Numbered from the stretch's first letter, positions 20,418 to 30,753 are shown. The stretch is 64,000 nt of DNA from Desulfatiglandales bacterium (GCA_963667015.2 CAXXJJ010000001.1:384001-448000), one strand, 5' to 3'. The notes: a model not told the origin generated them from the sequence alone. Translations and numbers: made by a program.

Positions 20418-22100
20418 ATGGTAAAGGAAATGAAAATCAGATCATCTAAAAGACCTGATGCGGTAAAGACCGGGGAAATCAATAACAATTGGGAAATAAC
20501 TCATTTTTTGCTGATAATCTCTGCGGCAATGTTTTTAGTGCTGTTTGATAATTTTGCCTTTTTTAAAAACCTCACTGGAATCTATCCTGTTTTACTTAGC
20601 AACCTGGTTTTCCTGATTTCCGTGGCAGTTTTATTATATTTAGCCATTATCCTTCTGTTCTCTATCTTATGTTTCAAATATACGACAAAGCCGATCCTGA
20701 TTACCATTCTTCTGGTCTCTTCCCTTACCAGTTATTACATGAATAATTACAACATTGTTATTGATGAAACAATGTTCCAGAATATTATTGAAACTGACGC
20801 CAGTGAGACCTTCGACCTTCTTAGCTTTAAGCTGTTTATCTACCTGGCATTAGCCGGAATTTTACCATCAGTAATTATCTATAAAATAAAAATCAGATAT
20901 AAATCATTTAAAAAAGAACTTATTCTAAAATTTGTGACTATTGCAGTCACACTTCTAATTATTATTGTAATGGGGCTTTCCCTGAGTGATTTTTACTTTT
21001 CTTTATTCAGGGAACATAAAGCGATTTTAAAGTATAATGCAAACCCGGTATGTTATATATATTCCGGTATTAAATATTTCTCAAAAAATTTTAAAAACAG
21101 AAATATTGTAGTAAAGCAGATTGGTGCAGATGCAAAAATACCGGAAGATGATGATGACAGGGAATTGATAATATTAGTGGTTGGAGAAGCTGCAAGGGCG
21201 GACAGGTTTTCTCTTAATGGGTATTTAAAAGAGACCAATCCGCTGCTTGAAAAGGAGGATGTTATTAGTTTTCCTGATATGCATTCCTGCGGGACTTCGA
21301 CCGTTGTTTCAGTACCATGTATGTTTTCTATCTTTACCAGGGATGAATATTCTGCCAACAAAGCGGAAGCCACCTATAATATTCTTGATATATTGAATAA
21401 CGCAGGTGTGAATATCCTGTGGCGGGACAATAACTCCAGTTCCAAAGGGGTTGCGGCAAGGGTCTCCTATGAAGATTATCAGACGCCGGAAACTAATACT
21501 ATTTGTGATACAGAGTGCCGTGATGAGGGGATGCTGGTTGGCCTGCAGGAGTATATTGACAGTAATAAGGTCGGGGACATATTAATCGTCCTGCACCAGA
21601 TGGGCAATCATGGTCCGGCTTATTATAAGAGATATCCTGAAGGATTTGAAAGATTTACACCTGTATGTGAAACCAATCAGCTTGAAAAATGTTCAAGCGA
21701 GGAGATTGATAATGCATATGATAATGCTATCCTTTATACTGATTATTTTCTTTCAAAGGTGATAACATTGTTAAAGCAGTATTCGCAGTTCGAGACAGCC
21801 ATGTTTTATATCAGTGACCATGGTGAATCTCTTGGTGAGAATAATCTCTATCTGCATGGAATGCCATATTTTATGGCCCCGGAGGCCCAGACTCATATAC
21901 CTGCAATTATGTGGTTTGGTGATGGCTTTAAAATAAGTAAGGATGCTCTTAAGAAAAATTCATCAAGGGCCTATTCTCAGGATAATATTTTCCATACCCT
22001 GCTTGGCTTGATGGAAGTTGAAACAACACTTTATGACAAGGACAAGGATATTGTAAAACTGGCTCTAGATGCCGTCCCTGAAGAAGATATTGGCGGTTGA
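20418..22100 (+). CDS. eptA: Lipid A phosphoethanolamine transferase, copy 2
   Basis: VVGEAARAD, SCGTSTVVSVPCMF, WRDNNSSSKG, HQMGNHGPAY, SDHGESLGE. Confidence 0.93.
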   Translation: MVKEMKIRSSKRPDAVKTGEINNNWEITHFLLIISAAMFLVLFDNFAFFKNLTGIYPVLLSNLVFLISVAVLLYLAIILLFSILCFKYTTKPILITILLVSSLTSYYMNNYNIVIDETMFQNIIETDASETFDLLSFKLFIYLALAGILPSVIIYKIKIRYKSFKKELILKFVTIAVTLLIIIVMGLSLSDFYFSLFREHKAILKYNANPVCYIYSGIKYFSKNFKNRNIVVKQIGADAKIPEDDDDRELIILVVGEAARADRFSLNGYLKETNPLLEKEDVISFPDMHSCGTSTVVSVPCMFSIFTRDEYSANKAEATYNILDILNNAGVNILWRDNNSSSKGVAARVSYEDYQTPETNTICDTECRDEGMLVGLQEYIDSNKVGDILIVLHQMGNHGPAYYKRYPEGFERFTPVCETNQLEKCSSEEIDNAYDNAILYTDYFLSKVITLLKQYSQFETAMFYISDHGESLGENNLYLHGMPYFMAPEAQTHIPAIMWFGDGFKISKDALKKNSSRAYSQDNIFHTLLGLMEVETTLYDKDKDIVKLALDAVPEEDIGG

Positions 22101-22135
22101 GACCATAAAATTAATTTCAGAACCTGGACGAGAAA

Positions 22136-23800
22136 ATGAAAAAAAAATCGCGTAAAGTATCTGCGGGCGAAATCGGAGGAAGTTCAAAATCCTGCTGGGA
22201 GATTACCAGCTTCAGGTTGATTATTTTAACGGCCCTGTTCCTGGTATTGTTTGATAATTTTGCCTTTTTCAGGAATGTTACTGATATTTACCCGGTTTCT
22301 GCAGACAATATATGGTTTTTGATCTCAATAACGATAGTGTTATTCTCTGTGATAGTCCTGTTATTTTCTATTTTCTGTTTTAAGTATACATCAAAAACAA
22401 TCCTGATTACCATTTTGCTGGTCTCCTCGCTGGTCAGTTATTTCATGAATCACTACAATATTGTTATCGATGAGACCATGCTTCAAAATACTCTGGAAAC
22501 AGATACCCATGAAGTCTTCGATCTTCTTAATCTTAAGCTGTTTATCTACCTGTTTTTTGCCGGGATTCTTCCGTCAGTAATTGTCTTTAAGTTAAAGATT
22601 AAATATAAATCATTTAAAAGAGAACTGTTTTCAAGGTTTATAATCGCAGTATCCGCACTAGTTGTTATTTTAATTACAGCCTTTCCAGTAAGCGATTTTT
22701 ACACATCCTTTTTAAGAGAACATAAGCCCTTAAGGTATTACACAAATCCGACCTATTATATTTTCAGTATGGGTAAATATATCGGTAAAAATTATTTTAA
22801 AAAAGAAATGGTAATAAAACCTATTGGTACGGATGCAAAAAATACGGACAGGGATACTGACAGGGAGTTGATTATACTGGTTGTGGGTGAAGCCGTAAGG
22901 GCGGACAGGATGTCCATCAACGGATATGAAAGAAATACCAATCCGTTGATTGCAGAAGAGGATATTATCAATTTCCCAGAGATGTATTCCTGTGGAACCA
23001 CGACGTCCGTTTCCATTCCCTGCATGTTTTCAATCTTTCCGAGAGATAAATATTCCTCCAGAAAGGCCAGATCAACCTATAATGTTCTGGATGTGCTAAA
23101 CACTGCAGGCGTTAATATCCTCTGGAGGGACAATAATTCGAGCTCAAAGGGTGTGGCAGACAGGGTGACCTATGAAGATTATAGAAACCCGGAAAATAAT
23201 ACGATCTGTAACCCTGAATGCAGGGACGAAGGAATGCTTGTTGGTCTGCCCGAGTACATTGAAAGCCACAAAAGCGGGGATATATTGATAGTCCTCCACC
23301 AGATGGGCAACCATGGGCCCGCTTACTATAAAAGATACCCTGAAGAATTTGAGAAGTTTAAACCCGTCTGCAGGACCTCTGAACTGGGAGAATGTTCCAG
23401 GGAAGAGATCAGCAATGCCTATGATAATGCCATTCTTTATACCGACTATTTCCTGTCTAAAGTTATAGCCCTGTTGAAAAAGTATCCGCAGTTTGAGTCT
23501 GCCATGCTGTATATCAGTGATCATGGTGAATCACTTGGTGAAGGCGGCGTGTATCTGCACGGGTTACCTTATTTTATGGCCCCGGAAAACCAGAAACATG
23601 TTCCTGCGCTCATGTGGTTTGGAGAGGGCTTTAAGATAGACAGGGAAAAACTGAGGGATGCAGCCGTAAAGGAATATTCGCAGGATAACCTTTTCCATAC
23701 CCTGCTCGGAATGATGGAGATAGAGACATCAGTTTATGATAAAGATATGGATATCCTGAAATATGCTACAGATACTGTATCCGTACCGGATATTAAATAG
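22136..23800 (+). CDS. eptA: Lipid A phosphoethanolamine transferase, copy 3
   Basis: VVGEAVRAD, SCGTTTSVSIPCMF, WRDNNSSSKG, HQMGNHGPAY, SDHGESLGE. Confidence 0.93.
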   Translation: MKKKSRKVSAGEIGGSSKSCWEITSFRLIILTALFLVLFDNFAFFRNVTDIYPVSADNIWFLISITIVLFSVIVLLFSIFCFKYTSKTILITILLVSSLVSYFMNHYNIVIDETMLQNTLETDTHEVFDLLNLKLFIYLFFAGILPSVIVFKLKIKYKSFKRELFSRFIIAVSALVVILITAFPVSDFYTSFLREHKPLRYYTNPTYYIFSMGKYIGKNYFKKEMVIKPIGTDAKNTDRDTDRELIILVVGEAVRADRMSINGYERNTNPLIAEEDIINFPEMYSCGTTTSVSIPCMFSIFPRDKYSSRKARSTYNVLDVLNTAGVNILWRDNNSSSKGVADRVTYEDYRNPENNTICNPECRDEGMLVGLPEYIESHKSGDILIVLHQMGNHGPAYYKRYPEEFEKFKPVCRTSELGECSREEISNAYDNAILYTDYFLSKVIALLKKYPQFESAMLYISDHGESLGEGGVYLHGLPYFMAPENQKHVPALMWFGEGFKIDREKLRDAAVKEYSQDNLFHTLLGMMEIETSVYDKDMDILKYATDTVSVPDIK

Positions 23801-24426
23801 AAATGCGGCAGGATAACTAATGGTTTAAAAAAAGGAGGTTGTTATGAAAATACGTTTATTCAGTGTTTCGGCAATTTTATTCCTTGCAATATCTTTAAGC
23901 ATACCTGAAATATCTGTGGCTCAACAAAGAGGCTGGTTTGGAAGAGGAAGGGGGCCGGCTCCAAGCGATACATTACCCGTGCCAAGGGAGGGGCAGGAGA
24001 AAAAGATTACTGATGTGCTTGAGGATATGGCCGCAACCCAGGGCGGAATGCTCAATGTCCCAATGGATGACGGAAGACTTTTACGTCTTCTGGCAGAGAC
24101 AATGGGGGCAAAGCATGTAGTAGAAATTGGTACTTCAAACGGATATTCCGGCCTCTGGATATTAATGGCCCTGCGCACTACAGGGGGAAAACTTACAACG
24201 TTTGAGATAGATCCTGAAAAGGTCAGGCTTGCCGCAGGTAATTTTAAAAAGGCAGGTGTTGACAGGCTTGTAACTATTATAGAAGGCGATGCCCATGAAG
24301 AGATAAAAAAACTTAAGGGACCAATTGATCTCCTTTTTATAGATGCTGACAAGGAAGGATATCTGGATTACCTGAACAAGCTTCTTCCCCTTATTCGTCC
24401 CGGAGGTATTGTTGTATCCCATAATA

Positions 24427-25543
24427 TTAACCCGGCAACAAAATACTTAACAAATGGATCGTATTTTGTTATAACACGATCATGGAAAAAATAGACGCAA
24501 GGAAACTCAGCACTGATGCCCAACAACAAATTCGTAATCAAGTCATTCGACTCCGAAAACAGGGACGAACGCATAATGAGATCAGTGCCATTACAGGAGT
24601 GAGCCGATCCATTTGCAGTACATGGTGGGCTCTTTATCAAAAAGAAGGTAATAAAGCCCTTAAAATTAAAAAGCGTGGCCGTCCAAAGGGCAGTTGCCGC
24701 ACGTTGACACCTGATCAGGAAAAAGAATTGCAAAAAGCTATACAAGACAAATGCCCTGACCAAATGAAATTGCCATTTGCTTTGTGGACACGCATTGCCG
24801 TACAGCAACTCATCAAACAATTGTGGAATATAGATATGCCGATCAGAACTGTTGGCGAGTATCTGAACAGATGGAATTTTACTCCACAAAAACCACTGAA
24901 GAAAGCCTATAAACAAAATCCAAAAGCAGTTAAAGCTTGGTTGGAGACAGAATACTCGGATATTTCCAAACGTGCAAAAAAAGAGACCGCGGAAATTCAT
25001 TGGGGGGATGAGACTGGATTGTGTAACGACAGTTACCATGGAAGAAGTTACGCTCCTCGTGGTGAAACACCGGCGATTAGGCTTCATCCCAGGTGCCAGC
25101 GCGTCAACCTGATTTCCTCTGTCACCAATCAAGGTAAAGTTCGCTTTATGGTTTATAAAAACAAGATGAATTCCCAAACGATGATCAAGTTCATGGAACG
25201 ATTGATCAAAGATGCTGATAAAAAAATCTTTTTGATTGTAGATAATTTGAAAGTCCATCATAGCTATATTGTCAAAGACTGGCTGAAAGAACATGAAGAC
25301 AAAATTGAGTTGTTCTTTCTTCCATCATATTCACCGGAATTAAATCCTGATGAATACCTAAACTGCGACCTAAAGGGCGGTGTACATTCTGGTATTCCAG
25401 CCAGAACACAAAAAGAACTCAAGCAAAAAGCTATTTCTCATTTGAGAAAGCTTCAAAAACTACCTGGACGTGTTAAAAAATATTTTAAACACCCTAAGAT
25501 TGCTTATGCTGCTTGACAGTCTCCTATTTAAATGCCGGGTTAA
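24427..25543 (+). mobile_element. IS630-family insertion sequence (1117 bp)
   Basis: Terminal inverted repeats TTAACCCGGCA(nnn)AAATA at both ends; TA duplicated at 24425-24426 and 25544-25545. Confidence 0.95.
24482..25516 (+). CDS. IS630 transposase (single uninterrupted ORF)
   Basis: HTH domains plus DDE motifs WGDETG, IVDNLKVH, SYSPELNPDE. Confidence 0.96.
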   Translation: MEKIDARKLSTDAQQQIRNQVIRLRKQGRTHNEISAITGVSRSICSTWWALYQKEGNKALKIKKRGRPKGSCRTLTPDQEKELQKAIQDKCPDQMKLPFALWTRIAVQQLIKQLWNIDMPIRTVGEYLNRWNFTPQKPLKKAYKQNPKAVKAWLETEYSDISKRAKKETAEIHWGDETGLCNDSYHGRSYAPRGETPAIRLHPRCQRVNLISSVTNQGKVRFMVYKNKMNSQTMIKFMERLIKDADKKIFLIVDNLKVHHSYIVKDWLKEHEDKIELFFLPSYSPELNPDEYLNCDLKGGVHSGIPARTQKELKQKAISHLRKLQKLPGRVKKYFKHPKIAYAA

Positions 25544-25714
25544 TATAAATCAGATGGATCAGGATTACATAGATGCAATTACAAAAAATCCGGATCTCGA
25601 AACTCTTATTCAGAATATACAGCTTGGAGGGATTGGCGTAACACTGAAAAAGAGGTAATAAATATTCAATTATACTGACGGGCTGAATTTAGTGTTTACC
25701 CGGGGACTATATCA

Positions 25715-26386
25715 ATGCGTATTCTATTAATTGAAGATGATAAAAAAATTGCTTCTTTCATAACAAAAGGAATGAAAGAAGCAGGCTTTACAGTGGATCA
25801 TGCATCAGATGGCGAGACAGGTCTTGATCTTGCTTTGAGTGAATCCTATGATGCTGCGATTGTAGACATAATGCTTCCAAAGCTTGACGGCCTCACGCTC
25901 ATAAATCAGCTGAGATCAAGTAATATAAAGACGCCGGTCCTCATTCTAAGTGCAAAGCATTCAGTGGAGGATCGCGTAAAGGGACTGCAGACCGGAAGTG
26001 ATGACTATCTGACCAAACCTTTTGCCTTTTCCGAACTCCTTGCACGTATTCATGCGCTTATCAGAAGGGGCATTAATTTATCTGATTCGCGAATCATGGA
26101 GATAGCGGATCTCACTGTCAACCTTCTTACCCATGAAGTCATAAGAAATAATGAAAAGATTGATCTGCAGCCCCGTGAATATGCCCTTCTTGTGTACCTG
26201 CTGCGAAATAAAAACAGAATAGTCTCAAAGACTATGATTATGGAAAATGTCTGGGAGTATAACTTTGATCCCCAGACAAATGTAGTTGAGGCCCGTATAT
26301 GCAAGTTAAGGGACAAGCTCGACAAACCCTTTGAAAGAAAATTGATTCATACTGTTCATGGAGTAGGGTATGTCATTAAAGAATAA
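25715..26386 (+). CDS. OmpR-family response regulator (CusR/CzcR-like)
   Basis: VDIMLP, DDYLTKPFAFSEL, FDPQTNVVE, IHTVHGVGY. Confidence 0.95.
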   Translation: MRILLIEDDKKIASFITKGMKEAGFTVDHASDGETGLDLALSESYDAAIVDIMLPKLDGLTLINQLRSSNIKTPVLILSAKHSVEDRVKGLQTGSDDYLTKPFAFSELLARIHALIRRGINLSDSRIMEIADLTVNLLTHEVIRNNEKIDLQPREYALLVYLLRNKNRIVSKTMIMENVWEYNFDPQTNVVEARICKLRDKLDKPFERKLIHTVHGVGYVIKE

Positions 26387-27776
26387 ACTCCGTCTTCATA
26401 AAACTCTCTCCTTTAGACTGACTTTATACTATTTGATTATTTTTTCCTTTTCCATCCTTCTAGGATTTTTCTTTTTTAATTATCTTTTGTCTTCAAAACT
26501 TCATGATCAACTGGACCAGGATTTAACTAATGAAGCCAGGGAGATTTCTCTCCTCATGGAAAGAAAGGGTGTTCGGGGAATCATGACAGCAATGATGCTC
26601 GATGCCGAGTCGGAAGGAGTAGAAAAGGCATTTTTCCGCCTGATGAATCAAAAGGGTGAGGTCATTACTGCTACAGATGATACTCATTGGAAAATAGGTC
26701 CGGGAAGAAAGGCTATAAATACTATTTTAGAGGGGCAGACACATTTTTTTGAAACAATATCCGTTCCCCGGCGCCAGTATAAAGTTCGCGCTCTATATAT
26801 TCCGGTTGGTAAGGAGTATATTCTTCAGATAATGGTATCTCTGGAGGATATTGATAAGTTTCTCACAGTTTTCAGGCATATTTTTATTATCACTATGGGT
26901 TTTTTGTTTGTTGTCTCAGCTCTTGCCGGCTGGTTTATGGCGAGGCGTGCGCTTACCGGTGTGGAGGAAGTGACCAGAACAGCTATGCAGGTTTCGGAAG
27001 GTGAATTTGATAAAAGGGTAAAGGTAAAGGGGCATGGTGAGGAAATAGACCGTCTTGCCATGACCTTTAACAATATGCTTGAAAAGCTTCATTTGCTCAT
27101 CAGGGATATAAAGGAGATAAACGATAATATTGCCCATGATCTACGAAGTCCTGTTACCAGAATCAGAGGAATCGCTGAAACTACATTGCTGGCAGCCGAT
27201 GCGGATACTGAATTTGGGGTGATGGCCGGAAGCATCATTGAGGAATGTGACGGCTTGCTGGCAATGATAAACACCATGTTGTATATTTCCGAGGCCGAAG
27301 CAGGTGTGTCTAAACTGAATGTCTCAGATATGGATTTAACAAAGGTCATAGATGAGGCATGTGAGCTTTTTCAACCGGTAGCTGAAGAAAAAAACATAAA
27401 AATATTACAGGAATCAGAGGAAACGGTATCAGTTAAGGCCGATGAAGAGAAAATCCAGAGAGTGGTTGCAAATCTGCTGGATAACGCCCTGAAGTATACG
27501 CCTGAAAATGGAACTGTCATTTTCTCCATTAAAGCAGATCAAAATGAAGCGGCAGTTTCAGTAAAGGATACAGGTATCGGAATATCTGAAGAGGATCTTC
27601 CAAAAATTTTCAACAGGTTCTACAGGTGTGACCGCAGCAGGTCCCTTCAGGGCATAGGGCTTGGACTCAGTCTCGCCAGGGCAATAGTTCAGTCTCATCA
27701 TGGGGATATAAATGTGTCGAGTGAACCCGATAAAGGCAGCATATTTACATTTACACTTCCCCGCACTCCTTTTTAA
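26370..27776 (+). CDS. Sensor histidine kinase
   Basis: HAMP domain, IAHDLRSP, NLLDNALKY, GIGLGL. Confidence 0.95.
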   Translation: MSLKNKLRLHKTLSFRLTLYYLIIFSFSILLGFFFFNYLLSSKLHDQLDQDLTNEAREISLLMERKGVRGIMTAMMLDAESEGVEKAFFRLMNQKGEVITATDDTHWKIGPGRKAINTILEGQTHFFETISVPRRQYKVRALYIPVGKEYILQIMVSLEDIDKFLTVFRHIFIITMGFLFVVSALAGWFMARRALTGVEEVTRTAMQVSEGEFDKRVKVKGHGEEIDRLAMTFNNMLEKLHLLIRDIKEINDNIAHDLRSPVTRIRGIAETTLLAADADTEFGVMAGSIIEECDGLLAMINTMLYISEAEAGVSKLNVSDMDLTKVIDEACELFQPVAEEKNIKILQESEETVSVKADEEKIQRVVANLLDNALKYTPENGTVIFSIKADQNEAAVSVKDTGIGISEEDLPKIFNRFYRCDRSRSLQGIGLGLSLARAIVQSHHGDINVSSEPDKGSIFTFTLPRTPF

Positions 27777-27901
27777 AGACCGGCAGCATTCCTTCCCAAA
27801 TATTACCAAATGATAATCTTTTAGTCATTTTCCGGTTAGGTTTATTTTATATACTCAGACCGAATCGTTCAGGACAGGAACTGAGGAGACAATACAGAAC
27901 T

Positions 27902-28924
27902 ATGCCCTTAATATCTAATTTTACAGGATTACTGAAAAAACATTCAAAAATATGTCTGTTTGTATCCCTGTGCATTGTCTTTTTCATATTTATAAAAATT
28001 TTTCATCATACTTTGCCCTTACCGGCAAAAAAATGGATAGATACAAATCTGGAAAATATTCAGGTAAAGGATCCTGCAGATTTTTCCTTTGCTGTTTTCG
28101 GCGGCACTAAGGTCAGCAGACTTGTTTTCGGGGGCCTCCTTGAGCAGGTTGACCATGACCCGGATATTGCCTTTACAGTTGATCTCGGTGATGCGGTCCT
28201 GAAAGGGAGAAAACCGAATTATCATTATTTTATCAAACAGATAGACAGTAATCTGGGAATACCTCTTCTCCCTGTCATAGGAGATAATGAACTTTCAGGC
28301 GAAGGAAGAGATTTATACAGTAAAATATTCGGACCTTTTTATTATTCATTCAGGATTGGCAGCAGCTGTTTTATTGTACTTGATAATGCGGGTGAAAACG
28401 GGCCTGATAATGAACAGCTTGAGTGGCTTGAAAATGAACTTAAAGTATCCGGAGATTATGATAATCGTTTTATTTTCCTGCACAGGCCTTTTTATGATCC
28501 GGACAGGATTAAGACCAGTCAATCCATGCCGGAAGAGATTACATTAAAACTTATTGATCTTTTCCGGAAATATCATGTGAGTCATATCTTTGCATCACAG
28601 GTAAACGGTTTTTTTGAAGGGGATTTTAAAGGGGTCCCATATACACTTACAGGAGGCGCAGGGAGAGGTTTTCACGGCAAACACTGGAATCAGGGTTTTT
28701 TTCATTTTCTCAAGGTGAATGTGAGGAAAAATAATATTGATGTTGAATTTAAAAAGGAGTTTTCACCGGGATTTTATAAAAAGAAATATGTTAAATACGG
28801 CACAATAGCTTTTGGGGATCATATACTCCGGGTTCACTGGATGGAGTTATCTGTAATAACCTTGATTCTGCTTACCGGTGTGTTTTTTTTACTCCGGATC
28901 CGGAAGAATGCAAAAAAAAGTTAA
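27902..28924 (+). CDS. Membrane-anchored calcineurin-like metallophosphoesterase (degenerate motifs)
   Basis: DLGDAV, VIGDNE and FLHRP motifs; N- and C-terminal TM anchors. Confidence 0.75.
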   Translation: MPLISNFTGLLKKHSKICLFVSLCIVFFIFIKIFHHTLPLPAKKWIDTNLENIQVKDPADFSFAVFGGTKVSRLVFGGLLEQVDHDPDIAFTVDLGDAVLKGRKPNYHYFIKQIDSNLGIPLLPVIGDNELSGEGRDLYSKIFGPFYYSFRIGSSCFIVLDNAGENGPDNEQLEWLENELKVSGDYDNRFIFLHRPFYDPDRIKTSQSMPEEITLKLIDLFRKYHVSHIFASQVNGFFEGDFKGVPYTLTGGAGRGFHGKHWNQGFFHFLKVNVRKNNIDVEFKKEFSPGFYKKKYVKYGTIAFGDHILRVHWMELSVITLILLTGVFFLLRIRKNAKKS

Positions 28925-28965
28925 GAACAGATCATCTAAAATGAAAATATAGAAAGGAAATGTAA

Positions 28966-30753
28966 ATGAATTATAAGTTTTTAAGTAAATACAGACAGCG
29001 ATTAAAATTATTTCAAATAGTATTAATATTTTTTATGTGCAGTATCAGCCTTGCTGAAGAAGAAAATTCAGCCGGAAAGATAAATAATGGGAATATATTT
29101 ACTGCCGAGGACATTAACAGGATGAATGTTTCAAGTATTACTGATGTTCTTGAGATGGTCCCGGGTGTATCCACTGTCGGTAATGATGATATTTCAATAA
29201 ACGGTTCCCAGGAGATACTGGTTTTACTTGACGGGCGCAATATTAAAGACCCGATATCCGGGCATATCAAATGGGATCAGGTCTCACTTAACAATGTGGG
29301 CCGAATAGAGGTCATCAAGGGGGGAGGAGCCGGCTATGGTGAAAATTCCAGCGGCGGGGTTATAATCATTACCTCCAAACTGGCTGATACATTCAGCGGA
29401 AATCTTGAGGCTGCCGCAGGAAATATGAATTATAAAGAGTACAGCGGTGATATCCAGACCCGGGTAAAAGGTGTAAAGATCGGGGTAATGGGAGGATATG
29501 AGTCTGATGATGGATGGCGCGCCAATGAGCATAAAAAAATTACAAGGGGAGGCATAAACCTTTCCTATGCGCCCCGGCATGATCTGGTCTTTTCACCCTC
29601 CCTCAATTACTATAAAGATATAAAAGGGCTGGGCGGACCATATTTTGCCCCTACACTCTATAATGAAGCCACCTATGAAAGTTATTCAGCCACATTTTTT
29701 ATAAAGATCAACGGGCTGAACATCAAATCCATTTATACTGATTCAATGGACCAGAGTGTTGATGCTCCTCCGGCTCCGATCCCTCATATTATTAAAATAA
29801 CACCTGAAATCTTCAATCAGGAGATCACAGCGGATTTTTCTTTCTCGGAATTCGGGACCATGAATGTTGGAGTTGGCTATGAACGCGCAAATGTGGGTAT
29901 TGAAACAAACATAGATAACGTACAGCTGCCCTATGCAGTTCACAATGAAAAAAAAGAATGGGTATTTGCAACCTTCAAGCGTGAATCAGCGGATAATCCC
30001 TATTCGATTTACCTTGGACTGAGGGGAACCCGCTATAATAATTTCGAAAACAGCCTGAATCCGGAGCTGAATCTGGGATACAAAAAAGATAATTACGGGG
30101 CTGTTTTTGTGTATAATTTTACTGATAAGCTCCCGGGTTACAAAGACCGGTATAGATCAGACGCCTTTGTTATAGCAAATCCGGATCTGAAAAAAGAGGA
30201 ATATACAAACTACAAACTGACATTGTTCTATTCTCCACTTGATGTTCTTTCATTCAACGTCACTCCATATTATACGGAAATCAAAGACCTTATCAGCATG
30301 GATTCCCTCATGACTGAAAGCGGATTGAAACGCACCTTTGTAAATGTGGGGAGCGTTACAGAAAAGGGATTTGACAGCTCCGTGTCCTGGTCTCCTGACA
30401 AAATATTCAACCTATCATTGTCTTACACCTACAAATCGGCAAAGGATGATGCTACAGATTTATGGGTTCCCATGAGGGCGAAGCACAGGTTCCAGGGAAG
30501 AATATCCAGTTCTCCCATGGAGAGGCTTTCCATAAGCACAACTGTAAGCTATTCATCTGAAGAATTCAGCAACAGTGAAAATACCATGGGTGTGGCAAGC
30601 CATTATGAAGTCGATGCAAGGATTGAATATGATATCAATAAATACAAGCTCTTTTTTCAGGTCGATAACCTGCTTGACAAGGAATATATTCAGCCTTTCC
30701 TGATTCCCGGCAGAACAAGGTTTTTTTACGCCGGCCTGAGGTATATATTTTAG
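28966..30753 (+). CDS. TonB-dependent receptor
   Basis: Plug domain (VLLDGR, RIEVIKG, GGVIIITSK); VDNLLDKEY...GRTRFFYAGLRYIF terminus. Confidence 0.92.
   Translation: MNYKFLSKYRQRLKLFQIVLIFFMCSISLAEEENSAGKINNGNIFTAEDINRMNVSSITDVLEMVPGVSTVGNDDISINGSQEILVLLDGRNIKDPISGHIKWDQVSLNNVGRIEVIKGGGAGYGENSSGGVIIITSKLADTFSGNLEAAAGNMNYKEYSGDIQTRVKGVKIGVMGGYESDDGWRANEHKKITRGGINLSYAPRHDLVFSPSLNYYKDIKGLGGPYFAPTLYNEATYESYSATFFIKINGLNIKSIYTDSMDQSVDAPPAPIPHIIKITPEIFNQEITADFSFSEFGTMNVGVGYERANVGIETNIDNVQLPYAVHNEKKEWVFATFKRESADNPYSIYLGLRGTRYNNFENSLNPELNLGYKKDNYGAVFVYNFTDKLPGYKDRYRSDAFVIANPDLKKEEYTNYKLTLFYSPLDVLSFNVTPYYTEIKDLISMDSLMTESGLKRTFVNVGSVTEKGFDSSVSWSPDKIFNLSLSYTYKSAKDDATDLWVPMRAKHRFQGRISSSPMERLSISTTVSYSSEEFSNSENTMGVASHYEVDARIEYDINKYKLFFQVDNLLDKEYIQPFLIPGRTRFFYAGLRYIF

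Larger units (their letters stand above)
23844..25658 (+). pseudogene. Class I SAM-dependent O-methyltransferase with signal peptide, interrupted by IS630
   Basis: VEIGTSNGYS and FIDADK motifs. Removing 24427-25545 restores an in-frame ...VSHNINQMDQDYIDAITKNPDLETLIQNIQLGGIGVTLKKR*. Confidence 0.9.

Noticed and set aside
24368..25294. 308-aa antisense ORF
   Set aside because: Shadow of the IS630 transposase with no recognisable motifs. The other short antisense and overlapping ORFs in the track were dismissed for the same reason.
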